Shown here in pieces: positions 40,001 to 52,320 of a stretch of DNA of 64,000 nt. Numbering within the stretch: position 1 is the stretch's first letter; each line of letters begins with the position of its first letter. The position numbers and the translations under genes are program-made. The stretch lies in assembly GCA_010093605.1 (NCBI GenBank), contig MU004197.1, positions 682,001-746,000 of the forward strand, in the 5' to 3' direction. Source of the DNA: Lophium mytilinum (taxonomy: Eukaryota). The notes below the pieces were generated by a model, which was not told the origin of the DNA, ran no database searches, and was given only the letters and a program-made list of their open reading frames with translations.

Positions 40001-42104
40001 TAACGCTATAATAGGAAATCGAAGGCGTGATCTGGGGTCTGTGTGGTGCCTTGGGTTGGGGAATGATGAGAAAGCTTCAGCGGTTAAAAGTGTGAAAATT
40101 ACGGAGAAAGGTATCATTTTGTGAGGATACGGCTGGCTCAAGAAGTCCTCTGTAGTGATGTAAAATTAACGGTGGAGGATAGGATCAAGAGTCGGCTAAT
40201 GCAAAAGGAGTGATGTTCCCTGGTTCTGAGGTTCTCGAACCGTGAAAGCTTATAGCTGGATTAGGAATTTCGAAGGTGGTGGAGCAGAGTGTGGAGTGCA
40301 GAGGATACATTTCATCTGCCGTCCAAAGTCCAAAGTTGTTTAGTATCCCTGGGCCCGACGCATTTGGCTCTAAAATATCAGTAGGAACACAACCAATAGG
40401 AAGCCTCGAGTGATTTGATAACAGCTGCAGCGAAGGACTTGAGCAATACATGCCCTCTAGGCTTTTCGTACACTACCCTAGCATCGCCTGGGGTCCTGTA
40501 GTACAATATGAGAGATTAGAAAGGGACAGTTCTAACAAGATAAAAAGCGTTGCGGGCCACCTTAAACGGTGCTAGACTGTCCGTTTACATAGTGTGTGTA
40601 ACAGAGAGTCCGAGCGTTGCGCCACGACGGGCTAAGAGATAGTTGGATTGGGAATGTCGAAGGCGGCGGAGAAGAGTGTGGAGTGCAGAGGACACATTTC
40701 ATCTACTGTGACGAAGTCAAAACCTCCTTGGTATCGGTACCTCCTGACACGTTTTGTGGCGCTTCAACGTGCTGATCGAACTGGGATCGAATGGTCAAAT
40801 GTCAATTTGTCAGCGCAGCCTGAGGTACTAGGCAGGCAGGAAATAAATGGCACACTACAGCATTTCAACACTGTCTGAGGTGGCCCAAAGAGCTATCAAG
40901 CTTGCCAAAGCGGAATTTTTATGAAAAGCAGTAGCATACTGGCGGACCTCAGGCGGTGCTAAACAAACGTATACAGCATATAAATAGTGTGTATATACCT
41001 TATGGATCTGTAAACTGCTGCTCTCTATTAACCCTTTATTACTACGCTGCCTTCCGGATGCACCGGTTACCACTGCTTGAGGGGCCTTAACGAGTTTCTA
41101 CAGACCCGTGATGGAAGAACTTCTATCCTATCTGAATTTCCGAAAATGCACTGAAGCACTCCAAACGGTGGCATACACACGTATGTACAACTGAGTGAAT
41201 GCACTAACGCTAAAACACTAAAAAGGCTGCTCTCCAGTGTTGTTCCTCCACTCTGGCTTATTAGGTGTGCCAGTAGGCAGAGACCCGCCGGCGCCAATGT
41301 TTGTGTATGGGTCGTATTTTGGCTTCCAACTCCCTTCTTCTCTTTGAACGACCATTCTCCAATCTTTCAAACCGGGTATCCTACTCAGCTCCTAACACGG
41401 GAACTCCCCGTTCAACCAATTCTTGGCCGCCTTGCCTTGGGGATCTTCTTGAAAACATTGACAATCAGCGCGGAAATGGGTGTTGATTGGAATGATTATC
41501 ATGTAAACGGACAAGACGTGGTTAGGGACTGGGAATCGAAGGATGGGCTAGAAGAGAATCGATAGCAAATATGGTGGAGTTTGCTGGAGACTCACGGTGA
41601 AGGCTGAGTTGATGTAACGAATTGTTGCACTAATAGAACGAAGTAAGGATTTCCTGCGCTAACAGAATTCGAATCGATGCGCTAATGGGATTTTCAGACG
41701 ACGTGCTGCTGATGGATTGTTGATGGAAGAGGATGAATCCCGCAGTAGGCGCCCTAAGGGAATGACCACCATGATTTGTACGTAGCTCTGGCAGAAGGTG
41801 TTACCATTGAGCGAACGAGATAGGTAGGAAGACGGAGCATCGAGAGCAAGTGCGGTCGATATCCCGTAGCCCTTCGCAATTAACTCTTGGTTGTCGATCA
41901 GGGTGCAAGCAGAGAGAACACGCAAGCAATCTTTCCTCCAGACTTTTGCATATTTTGATAGTAGCGCAGGAGGCCTCCTAGCAGGCTATAATAGATCGGA
42001 AAAGGTCAACGCTAATAAGGTCAGGAGCTTTGGGGCCACCTCACACGGTGTCGGGTTACTACTTTGTGTCGAAGGGAGCCTGATCAGGAGATAGTACATT
42101 CGCG

Positions 42105-42995
42105 CTACTCCCAATCCGGCATTGCATCATCGTCAACATGATGCTGCTGGAGTTCCCCGGGTTCTGGCCTGAAATGTGCGACTTGTTGGGCCCCTGTATG
42201 TGAGTACTGATATGGAAGCCGCCGAAGACGCTCAGTCAACGAAGCTAGGCGAGCATCGAGTTGCTCGAACTGTTCCTCAGATGTAGAAGGTGGAGTAGGA
42301 TGGAACGATGGAAAAAGCATTTGCTCTGGTCGGAGTGTAGGAGTCGCTACATCGGCGGACTGGCTGTTATCGGGCCCAGCGCGCATAGGCTGGGCTTGTT
42401 CAAGCGTCTCACCGTTTTCCAGGCGTCGAGACAGCTCTTCTCGATTCCTTCCAAGGTTCTCCCGCGTACGCCGGAGCGCATTTTCCAAGCGCGCCTCCAG
42501 CGCAAGACTCTCCTGGATATCTTGTTCTAATCGAGCCAAGGAGCGAGGCTCATCCGTAATGCGATTGAACAGAACCCCGTCCCGCCGACGGACAGGGTCG
42601 CGAATGATCAAGTCCTCATTGTCGCCAGCCTGCCGATAACGAGTGAAGCGTGCCCGAAAAGCCCGAAATCGGTGCTCTTCTGTGAGATCCAGAGCGCGGG
42701 GCTGTGGCTGTCCACGGTACAGCGAGGCCCTACACATAGGGCACGTATTTTGATTGCTCCTACCGCAAGAAAGCCAAGACATCAAACAATCTCGACCGAA
42801 AACATGAGTGCAGTTGCTGATGCCGGTGATCTGGACAGCGCGATGGTTTGCGTCTATATCCTCGTGGCAGATTGGGCATGCATCTGGCACTTCGGGATGA
42901 CTACCGTCTATATCGGTGAGGTTATTGGCGATAAAGACCTGAAGATTGGCGGGGATGTTGGAAGGCATGGCCGATGAAGTGAGAAGATTTGGCAT
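42105..42995 (-). CDS. RING-finger protein (probable E3 ligase), single exon
   Basis: 296-aa ORF with CPIC-x18-CTHVFGRDC-x14-CPMCR followed by coiled-coil-like segments. Confidence 0.8.
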   Translation of the reverse strand: MPNLLTSSAMPSNIPANLQVFIANNLTDIDGSHPEVPDACPICHEDIDANHRAVQITGISNCTHVFGRDCLMSWLSCGRSNQNTCPMCRASLYRGQPQPRALDLTEEHRFRAFRARFTRYRQAGDNEDLIIRDPVRRRDGVLFNRITDEPRSLARLEQDIQESLALEARLENALRRTRENLGRNREELSRRLENGETLEQAQPMRAGPDNSQSADVATPTLRPEQMLFPSFHPTPPSTSEEQFEQLDARLASLTERLRRLPYQYSHTGAQQVAHFRPEPGELQQHHVDDDAMPDWE

Positions 42996-45370
42996 GGTTT
43001 GGTGGTATGTTGTGGCGATCGAGGTTGAGGTTGAGGTCGTGGTGGGCGGTGACTAAGTAGGCGAGTTGATAGAAAGCGGTCGAAACTTAGGTGCAGCTTG
43101 TAGGAGTACGATTCGCAGCTGATGCTACCTAGTGCGCTCAACCTCCTCGCAGGGGTAGGCGGGGCGGCTCCTGAGGAGTGAAAGCGTACGGTGTCGTATT
43201 GCTAATAGGGCGGAGGGTGCGGTGAGTGTGTGGAAGTCGACGGGAGGGCGAGCGCGGCTTGCAGAGGTATGAATACGGGGAAAGCTTCCTGACGAGGCGG
43301 CTTTCACTTAACCGTCACAGATGATTGAATCGCTAGTGAATGTTAACGTTTGTTTATGAGCAACGTGAAAGGCTGCTGAACAACAAGTGTAAAGCGTTTA
43401 CATTACTTTCACCACGATTTGACATCATACCGCGTACACTCTTACAGGAATCCTTTTATCTCACAGTAATTATTCGTCGTTCCAGCGTACGCGCGCTCTG
43501 ACTAGAATTTCATGCACCACGTTTCCAGGACTGGATGCAACGTGTAACCAAAATCGACAATAGTCGTGCTACTATGTGAAGGATTTATACTTTGCAAAAT
43601 TGTGTGTTGGTGGTACCATGGTTTTCGTGAAGTGCTCGACCGTGGTTGCAATGGCGTCCTTAGTCATCTCACGATTGAAATATCCACGATCAGTTGAGCC
43701 CTGGCACTGGTAGTACCATATAAGCTAGATAGGTACAGCATGCCTGGCGTATTGAATGAGACGGCGTCTGAGCGTGAAATGGCCTTCGATGCAGTTGAGG
43801 AGTCATAACGGATTATGAGATAGGGATCTATGAGACTTATCTCGGAGTTGAACCTGATATTGCTAGACTCTAAGCGCTAGGAGAAGAGCCGTATCTGGGA
43901 AGGTGTTGGGAGATGTGGCAGACGATCGATTTAGATAGAGACTGATGAACTTACTTACGGTAAGAGACTCGACTGTGAGGTTAGTAGACTATTGCACTGA
44001 CCGGCCAAGTACAGATACAACCGAGGCCAAGAATGTAGAACATAGATTCCAGAGCGACTTTCATAGGCTCGACGGAGGTGGTGTGGTGGCTCGTTAAAGC
44101 TAGCTGTGGCAATCAAGTTGTAGTAAACGGAGCGAATAGTGATTTAGTGGAATGTACGAAGGAGACCACTGGTAAATCTGGTGGTGGCATGGGTAAGTGC
44201 AACGATTTTCAAGACAAAAAGTTAGTCGACAAAAACATTCACAACGCGGGACTAGAGATTAAACCGAGTACGCTTCCGTCACGGTTGCTGTGACGAATAT
44301 TGGAAAGGCTATGCTTCCTTCCTTTGTAATCATTACCCAACGGGGGGGCAGAGCATACCAGAGTCTACAGAAGTAATCCCACATTAAAGCGAGGTACCAC
44401 GTTACTCTGGAGATGGCATTACGATGTTCCTCTCCAGGGGATGTCGGATGAATGCGATTATTGGCGGAAGGATTCAGATGCGGTCGGCCCCAACAGAAAT
44501 CACTAGGTGATTGCACGAGTATTACGCCTTTCGGCTTATGTCACCTGCATGTTTGGTACACGTTTATTAGCTGATATTCACTATGTTTTGTATAAACCAA
44601 CAGAGCCTGGGTTGGCTTGGGGAAAGCGACGTAGGTGCTGAGACTTGATCGGATGATGCCAAGGGAAGTAAAGCAAGGCTAAGAATAGCTCAATCCTCAG
44701 AACTTGTCCCCCGTTCTAGAATTTACAGAAAACGTACTCAGGCTAGACAGCTTGTTTGCCTTATATGAAACATAAGCCGGATATCGAGAGATGCGACGTT
44801 TGACAAATACTTATTTTGAAATGCGGGGAAGAAGAGAAGAAGTTGAGAAAACGACATGGAGCAAGGACGACTAACATGTTCGCGTTCAGGAGTCAGACAA
44901 GGCTAATGAATTTAGCAAGGGAGTACCCCGATGACAGACTTATGCCTGTGATATGGACATCGAGGTTGTGATGTGCCAATGCAGGCAGGGTTAATGGTCC
45001 TAGGCGTAAACGGAGCTCTCTGACTGCTATCAAGTGTAGCGAATACCGCATATTGATGAGATGTAAGAGGCATATTCAGCAGTTCCGTCCCGGTCGAAGC
45101 CTGCAATGTGCTGTCAGTGAAGGTTAAGCTGCAAAGGAAGTCAGCACAGCTAAGACTCGGACTAAACCAACTCCGATACCGGTCGAATTTAAGACCCTAG
45201 CACAACTCATGAGCGGGGATACGTGGAGCATTTGTAAGACCCATACACAGGCTATGCTTTTCAATAGGTGACAGAACAGAAACAGAACTATATATTGATG
45301 CTGGCCTCTCTTGCCACTATTGGTATTGGTATATATAACAAAATCTAGGCGATGTATGCTCATCTTACCA

Positions 45371-45459
45371 GCGCGGATAGTTTAATGGTAGAATTCGGTC
45401 TTCCCACCGTCGACGTGACATGTATGGCCGAGGCCCGGGTTCGATTCCCGGTCCGCGCA
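45371..45459 (+). tRNA. tRNA-Gly(CCC) with an 18-nt intron (45407-45424)
   Basis: Acceptor stem GCGCGGA/TCCGCGC plus discriminator A; D-arm AGTTTAATGGTAGAAT; anticodon stem CGGTC/GGCCG around TT-CCC-A; T-arm CCGGG-TTCGATT-CCCGG; downstream T5; upstream TATA. Confidence 0.95.
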
Positions 45460-45671
45460 TCGTTTTTGCCTGGCTTAGGGGCAATTAAGCACTTCTTTTT
45501 AACATCAATGTATGGTGATTGTGAAGGTTGAGAATTTGGTGTTGATTAGGTGAAAGATTGACAGACGCGGGGCGCGGAGGGTCATAGCTCGTCATCGGCG
45601 CCTTCTTTTGAACCTCGAAATTAGATTTGGGAACTCACTCACACACTACAACTATACACCCCACAGCAACC

Positions 45672-46803
45672 ATGTCGAAAATAGAGAAGACGATCCAGCG
45701 CCAGCAGCAGAAGTACGTTTTGGTCCGCGACTACGAAATGCATACTTACAGTTCCCAGGATCGAGGAAGGCCAGTTCTATGAAGCCCACCAGCAACTGCG
45801 CGTCATCGCATCGCGATATGTTAAGCAACAGAACAACGCTGCCGCGACCGATATCCTCTTCTCGGGCGCCCAGCTCCTCCTCAAGGCCGGCCAAGGAGGT
45901 AGCGGAGGGGACTTGTGCATGTTCCTACTCGACGTGTTCAATAAGAGCGAGGTCAAGCCAGACGCTGGAACGAAAGGGAAGCTGCTCACCCTACTACGGA
46001 GTTTTCCCACAGAAGAACCCACACGGAAGCGGTTCATATCTGAGATGATAGGGTAGGTTGCTTCAGGACCTGGCGAAGGAGTTCATGCTGACGTTGATAG
46101 TTGGTCGTCGAAGTTTGGCGAGTTCCCAGCAGGAGATCCCGAGCTGCATCATGTAGCCGGCACGCTGTACGCTGATGGTGAGTAGGGATTGCGGGTAATG
46201 GCATGTTAGCATGAAATCGTCGCTAATTGCTGAGTAGACTGCGAGCCCTACGACGCAGAACGACACCTCATACTCGGCACCAAAGATTCCCCAGATCATC
46301 TCGCGAGGCTGGAGTTTGACTGGTACTCGGAAGACGAATCCCACACGGCACCACTATACGCCGCCCGCGCTGTCCTCCCATACCTCCTCACGGGCAACGT
46401 ACGAGCCGCGAATAAGTCCTTCCTCATCTTTACAAGCAAGCTGGTACAATCGAAACCAAACCTGGGGAGCCAGGAAGTGAGCACAACCAGCTCGGATATC
46501 CGCGTATATCCCAGCCTTCCGCTGCTCAACTTCTTGGGGCTATTACTTCTGGCAGTACAGAGGGGTGCCCCGGACCTGTTCAGGCAGCTCAAGAGCCACT
46601 ACGCCTCACATCTGAAGGACGTAGCAGGCTGGGACGAGGCGCTGGCCCAGATTGGCGAGATGTATTTCGGCATAAAGATACCCAAACAAGGCAACCCGTT
46701 GATGGATATGATGGGGAGCATGTTTATGGGCGGAATGGGAGGAGGGGCGTCAAAGTCCAAGGCGAAGAAGGTCGAGGCTCCGCCTTCAGCCGGTCTTGAT
46801 TGA
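45672..46803 (+). CDS. GET4: Golgi-to-ER traffic protein 4
   Basis: Four exons: MSKIEKTIQRQQQKIEEGQFYEAHQQLR...GSGGDL...WSSKFGEFPAGDPELHH...AERHLILGT...PLLNFL...IGEMYFGI. Confidence 0.93.
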
Positions 46804-47222
46804 GTGTGGGCTTGTTGAGAGTAGTGTTCAGCGTAGCGTGGCGGTCTTACGGCCTCTGTAGCATATGATGTTAATGAGACAATGATTTTTGGTTCTCCAC
46901 AACTCTGTTCCAACAAATGAGCAATTGAAGTAGTGCTTCATGCGCAAATAGTGTAACCCCTAATACTCAGGATGTTAGTAGTAATTTTGCACAGTAATAT
47001 CTGGTAGCAAAGGCACAGAAGAAAGGTCGAACAATATGGCCTCTAGGATTGCTCCTGTCTTCGATGCTGATTCTTGCGGATTATGTGATATCGTTGTAGT
47101 GTCCCCCAGGGAGCCATAGTCTTATTTGCCTTCTTCCGCGTCCAGAAAGCCTCAATCGAGAAAGGAGATGGGTATCTTCGCTCCGAACGCCTCCAAAACT
47201 CCAACCCTAAACCACACCCCAA

Positions 47223-47721
47223 TCACGTCGCAACCGTATCCTCCGCCTCAAACATCCACCTATCATCTTCCAGACTGGCCACCTTCGCCTGCAAGCTTGC
47301 TTGTAGTGTAGCTTTGAGCTCTGTCCAGAAAATCAGTATCGTCCCATCCCAAGTATTTCACGCTGGGACTGCGCACCATGCGGCTCAATATGCTGCTGAT
47401 GCTTCCGATACGTCTCTATAAGTCGATTTTCCGCTTCTGTACAATTAGTGTTAGTACTGTCCTGCAGCTCCAGGTGTATAACGTGAACCTACCCCTCTCC
47501 TCCTGCAGATCATTTCTGGGTAACGGCGTCATGGCCGGCTGCTCCAGCCTGTAATTCCCATGCTCATCCCGCGCCACCATCTCGAGATTTGTATCATCAG
47601 GCGCGACTTGCAGCGTCGTAGCGGAAGTAGACGTCGAGCTCGTGGTCGGGCGGCGGTGGTGGAACAGGTTGCGGCGGACACCGGAGGCGGTGGTTGTGCG
47701 GGGGGGATGGCGCGTCGTCAT
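47223..47721 (-). CDS. Small protein, possibly an APC/C subunit (Apc9/APC16-like C-terminus)
   Basis: Three exons splice to MTTRHPPR...GVRRNLFHHRRP...EAENRLIETYRKHQQHIEPHELKATLQASLQAKVASLEDDRWMFEAEDTVAT*. The gene model is solid; the family call rests only on the LEDDRWMF motif. Confidence 0.65.
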
Positions 47722-48002
47722 GTCGTCGTACTCGGCGTATGGATATGGAGGTAGAGGTGAGGAGGAGTGGGGAGACGGGCGGGAGCGGATTGGGATTTGT
47801 AGGCGTTGGGTATTTGTGGGAGTGGGTGTATTCTTTGGAGGCGGAGAGCGAGGCATCCTTGTTGTTGATCTCCCGTTGCGGAGCTTGAGCTTCGCCGACG
47901 TTGGAGAGCTCTTTCTTTCACGTACACCACAGATGGGAGAGGTTGAAGCAGCGAGAGCTTGAATGACAACCTCATCTGATCCATCGGAATGTGTTAGCTG
48001 GG

Positions 48003-49750
48003 ATGGCTGCGACTTTTGACGTTCAGCCGGTCAGTCGGTTTGCTGGGAAATGTCCGCCGTTGAAGAGACCGCAGGTGAGAGCTTGGTATTCCTTACGCGT
48101 CGCTATGTTCAACTCTTTCAAAAGATGATGATGTCTATCATTTTGGGAATGGAAACTACGCGTCCTGAAACAGAATTTTCATGCCTTCTCCCTTCAAACC
48201 TTTCCATCTTCTCACATAATTCCCCATATCTCAATCTGCTTTTCCAAACAGAACGACCAAATTGGCATTAGGCACACCTCTAACAGCATCAAGGAAATCG
48301 CCTACTTCTCATTCGACGATGACCACAAATTCCGTCTCGACGATTCATCTTTAAAATACTACTACACGCCGGAGTATTCTCATCATTTACCCGCAAATCT
48401 GTGTGATGGCTTCGATACGTTCGAGAAGCATGATGACTCTGTTGACGAGCATCTTGATAGCCTTCTAACTACCATCATGGAGATGGAGAAGGCAGACGGC
48501 AAGCGTTCTGAAGTCGATTTCATCACATGGCGTGGAATGATGACCAAAGTAGGAACCTTTTACCGTGCTTTCTAGCAGTCGTACTGATACAGAATAGATC
48601 CTTACGGCGCCTTTTGATCATTTCAGCAAGTAAGAGAAGCATTTGAGCTACTGTTGTGGCAAAGCTTATGCGATATAGGTTCGAGATGAACGCGACACGT
48701 TTTCAAGTAAGCTATCCCTTATACATAGTTTCCGCGTAGTAGTCTAGCTAACCATATTCAAAGGGAACAATGTAAGCCGAAACCTTGGCGTGCTGTGGGA
48801 CGAGAAATTGAACGAGCTAGATTCATTGAGGATTTCCACGATGCAAAAGTCGCCGACCAATCTCGTCAACGAAGCCAACCTGCTCGACCAGGCGCTCATT
48901 CCCAAGATATGATGAGCTATTGGGGCGAGTTCATTCCATGCACTCTCAGGCGGAGTTGGCTAACGCGATGCTAGGCTATAAGTTTGAGACCCTATGCGTG
49001 ATGCCAGATACGTGGGGCGAAACCTCTAGAGAGTACATCGAAAACAGACACAGACATATCGTGAGCAACAAAGCTCAGTACTGCTCGGTGGTCAAGACTG
49101 GCTTTGCAAACTCCAGCCTGATCATTGGTGGCGAGGTAGATGCAGGTATGAAGCCATCGGCACGACGAAGGTACACGTGTATATTGACAGTAGCGCAGTG
49201 CAAACCAAGAAGCCATACGACCCAGAGATTCCCGGCTCGAAAGATCGTCCGATACCATGGGTTGAGCTCAAGACGTCGGAGGCAATCCAATCCGACAGAG
49301 ACGTGCTCAAATTTGAGCGCAAACTCCTCAAGTTCTGGGCCCAGTCTTTCCTCTTAGGTGTTCCTAGAGTCACCGTCGGCTTCCGGACAAAGGAGGGCAT
49401 ACTCACACATCTTCAAAACCTAGACGTCCTCAAGATACCAGGCCAAGTCAAGAACGGCAAGGGGACTTGGGACGGGAACTCATGCATCAACTTCACCGGA
49501 GCGTTGCTAGACTGTAAGTTCAAACAACAGCATCTGAAGAGGTTCATATAGCAATAGTTGTTAACAACAAGCAGTCTTGAAGAAGACCATCACATCAGAG
49601 GGCGTATGGAAGATCCGTCGCGTGGAGAAATCCCCTGTCATTGAAGTCTTCCAGGTAGAGACCAGTGGCCACGGTCGGATATTGACTTCAGAGTTCGTGA
49701 ACTGGCGTCAGGAGCAAATCGCAGGTGAAGTGATGCAAATGCTCCGATGA
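48003..49750 (+). CDS. RAI1: Rai1/DXO decapping nuclease
   Basis: Spliced motifs RPQEIAYFSFD, FITWRGMMTK, RFQGTIFIE, SYWGYKFETLC, GGEVDA, WVELKTS, RKLLKFWAQSFLLGVP. Confidence 0.95.
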
Positions 49751-51779
49751 ACCACTGCTCCCGGAGGCACAGTTCCCGGTTTGATACCCAGCAACGGACT
49801 TCATGCATTCAGTGGTTCTTCTGGTTCGAGGTCGCTCGAATCACCACGACGTCACAAAGACATCATGGAAGCGCTCACTGGTCACCAAGTTGGACATGTC
49901 GCAGGTAGGTATGAGAGACTATGGCCACATGGGTCATCTTCCTTCCAAGTTGTTACCCCTCTGACCAGGAACGGCTAATTCACAAGCGTTTCCTGCCGTT
50001 TTCCCGGAAGCGTCGATTCAGTGTACAATATTTTGAGATCAATTAGCCCATTACACAATCCAGAATCCACTTTCTTGAATCATCATACCCTAGAACATCG
50101 GCGTGGCTTCCTGTTTGGTGTCTTCTATGACGATTGACGAAGAATCACAGACGCCGGTTTCAGAGTCCCGCCGGTTATCAGAGAAGCAACGGGTGGTGGT
50201 TTCAGAGCTCTAATCCCTAACTAGGCACAGCTAATTCATGTGCGCCTTGGCCCACGAAGCGCTCTGTTTTCTGGTTTTTCTGCAAATATGATCTCGAAAT
50301 CTCGCGCCAGGAGCTCAAGGCGAAAAGCAAGCATCAATCGGATCAGGTTTGGAAGGTTACTCCCATCGGACCTAAAGATGTCGAGGTTCACACAGCCAAT
50401 GCCAGACCCGAAGAGCAACCGCCGTGATCTCGGTCTGCGAGCGCGCGGGTACTACCATTCACGCTGACAAGCCTTCCGGAATCTGATAGGCAACAGTGCT
50501 CGTCACAGTTCTGTGCTCAAACCGCATAAGCTGAAGTCGGGACTGAGCGAATCAGCAGCTAAATTAGACCATCTGCTGTGTGCCTGCCTCTCCCAGCAGT
50601 TCTAAATCCAAACCTAGGTGCACGACATCCCCAACCCTTCCTCGACCCGAGCCTATCCAGCTGAAAATCCGAGGGACCTTTCTGCTATCTCCCGTCAAAT
50701 TTGCTCCACTGCCTCCCTGAGTCAGCAGAGTCCCAAGGATATTCGCTCCCTGCACGCCTGGGCCTCGCAAAGTCACCCGCGAGCTTCCACCGAGCTAGCT
50801 TCCCAGCCTTCCGCGTCGCTTCCGGGCATCCAGTCGCGGAAGAGACCCGAGGCCCCGTGTAGGTAAGCTGGAAAGACCAGCCTCGCCTCCAAGCTCCGGG
50901 CCCAGAAGCTCGAAAGTTCGTTCCTCAGGCCGCGCACAGGGCGGCGCCGCCTCGCGAACAGGCATGGCACCGGCCGAATTCACAAAAGCCGCGCTGGAAT
51001 TGCGGGGACTGCAAGGTCGGCATGGTCGCTCTGCCAGGGTGAGGTGCTGAGGCTGGCTAGGGGTCAGGTACGCGAGTTGTCAACCTGAAACGTGAGCCGG
51101 GGAGGGGAGGCCAGGGGGGATACGGGGCGCATCTGACACGGCGGGTAGGGGTGGAGATCTTGGAGATCAAACGGTGGGAGCATGGGCGATGGGGTCTTCA
51201 GCTGTGAAGTTCCGCGGGGCCGATGTGATGGTGGTTGCTGCGGGTGGTTTTTGGTGGTGATGGAGAGGTGCATGATGCCGAAGCGAGGGAATGCTGCACG
51301 AAGCGAATTTAGGGAACAAGATTTGTTGCTAGGGGCTCAATCTTACCTAAAATCAAGTTTCTCTGGGGGGAGTATCTGAGGATTGAGAACTAACTACATC
51401 TACGAATGCATGCGTATACGTCCATATGCATGCCATAGAGCATCGAACGTACTGGCGCACGGACTTCTCTACAACCTCAATCCAGTAACTCGCCCTTACA
51501 CCTTCGTATCCCAAAACCTCACAAGAATAACCTTTAGCGCTATCCTTTCCTATCTCAGCGTTCAAACTCATCACGTCAACATTCTGCATTGACAAAACGC
51601 AAACAAGCAAAACACATGCTCCACTCATGCTGGCCGGTTCCTGAATCCTACTAACAAGGTTCGGGACAGCTGCTGCGCGTCATGAGTTGCGAAACCGTGT
51701 TCGACGAGCATTCAGCTATCGTGGTAATGGAGTAGAATACGGGCTCCTCCTTGGTTTGATCCAAGAATGACGTTCTCCA

Positions 51780-52320
51780 GATAATCGTGAAGGCCACAAG
51801 AAGCGACTACTGCAAGAGCCTGAGACTACTGCACATTACTGACGTCGAAAAAATGCAGTTCAACATCCACCTGATCACCGTTAACAGCCACAAAGCCTAC
51901 TTCTTCTCGCCTCGGCCAATTATAGGGTTGATGGTCAGATTTTTCCAGGTGGATGACTAGCGTTGCGGCTGCATAAAGCCACAAGCAACTACTGCACAGC
52001 ATAGACATCGCCAAAAGCAGATGCGGAGCCCATAGCCACTTACCTGTCTTAGTACCAGCCACCACTGCTTGCCTACGGAGCACTCACCTTGGCATCATTC
52101 GTCCCTAGAAACGAAGGCCACTAAATAGGCCTTGCCGCTACGGCCGCTAAGCATAAGGCCACGAGAAAACTACTGCAAGGCACAGTCAACGACTACCTGA
52201 AAAGCACCTATCGCCGTGATAGCCACCTATCTCGTCCCTCCAAGCCCAGCTCAACTATCATTAGATCACCACCAACCTCTTCATACTTTCCGCGAAGCAT
52301 GCAACTACTGCAAACGCAAT
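51780..52320. repeat. Highly decayed tandem repeat, 3-4 x ~180 bp
   Basis: GCCAC(A/G)AG..ACTACTGCA recurs at ~51792, ~51978 and ~52158, with a partial copy at ~52300. Confidence 0.5.
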
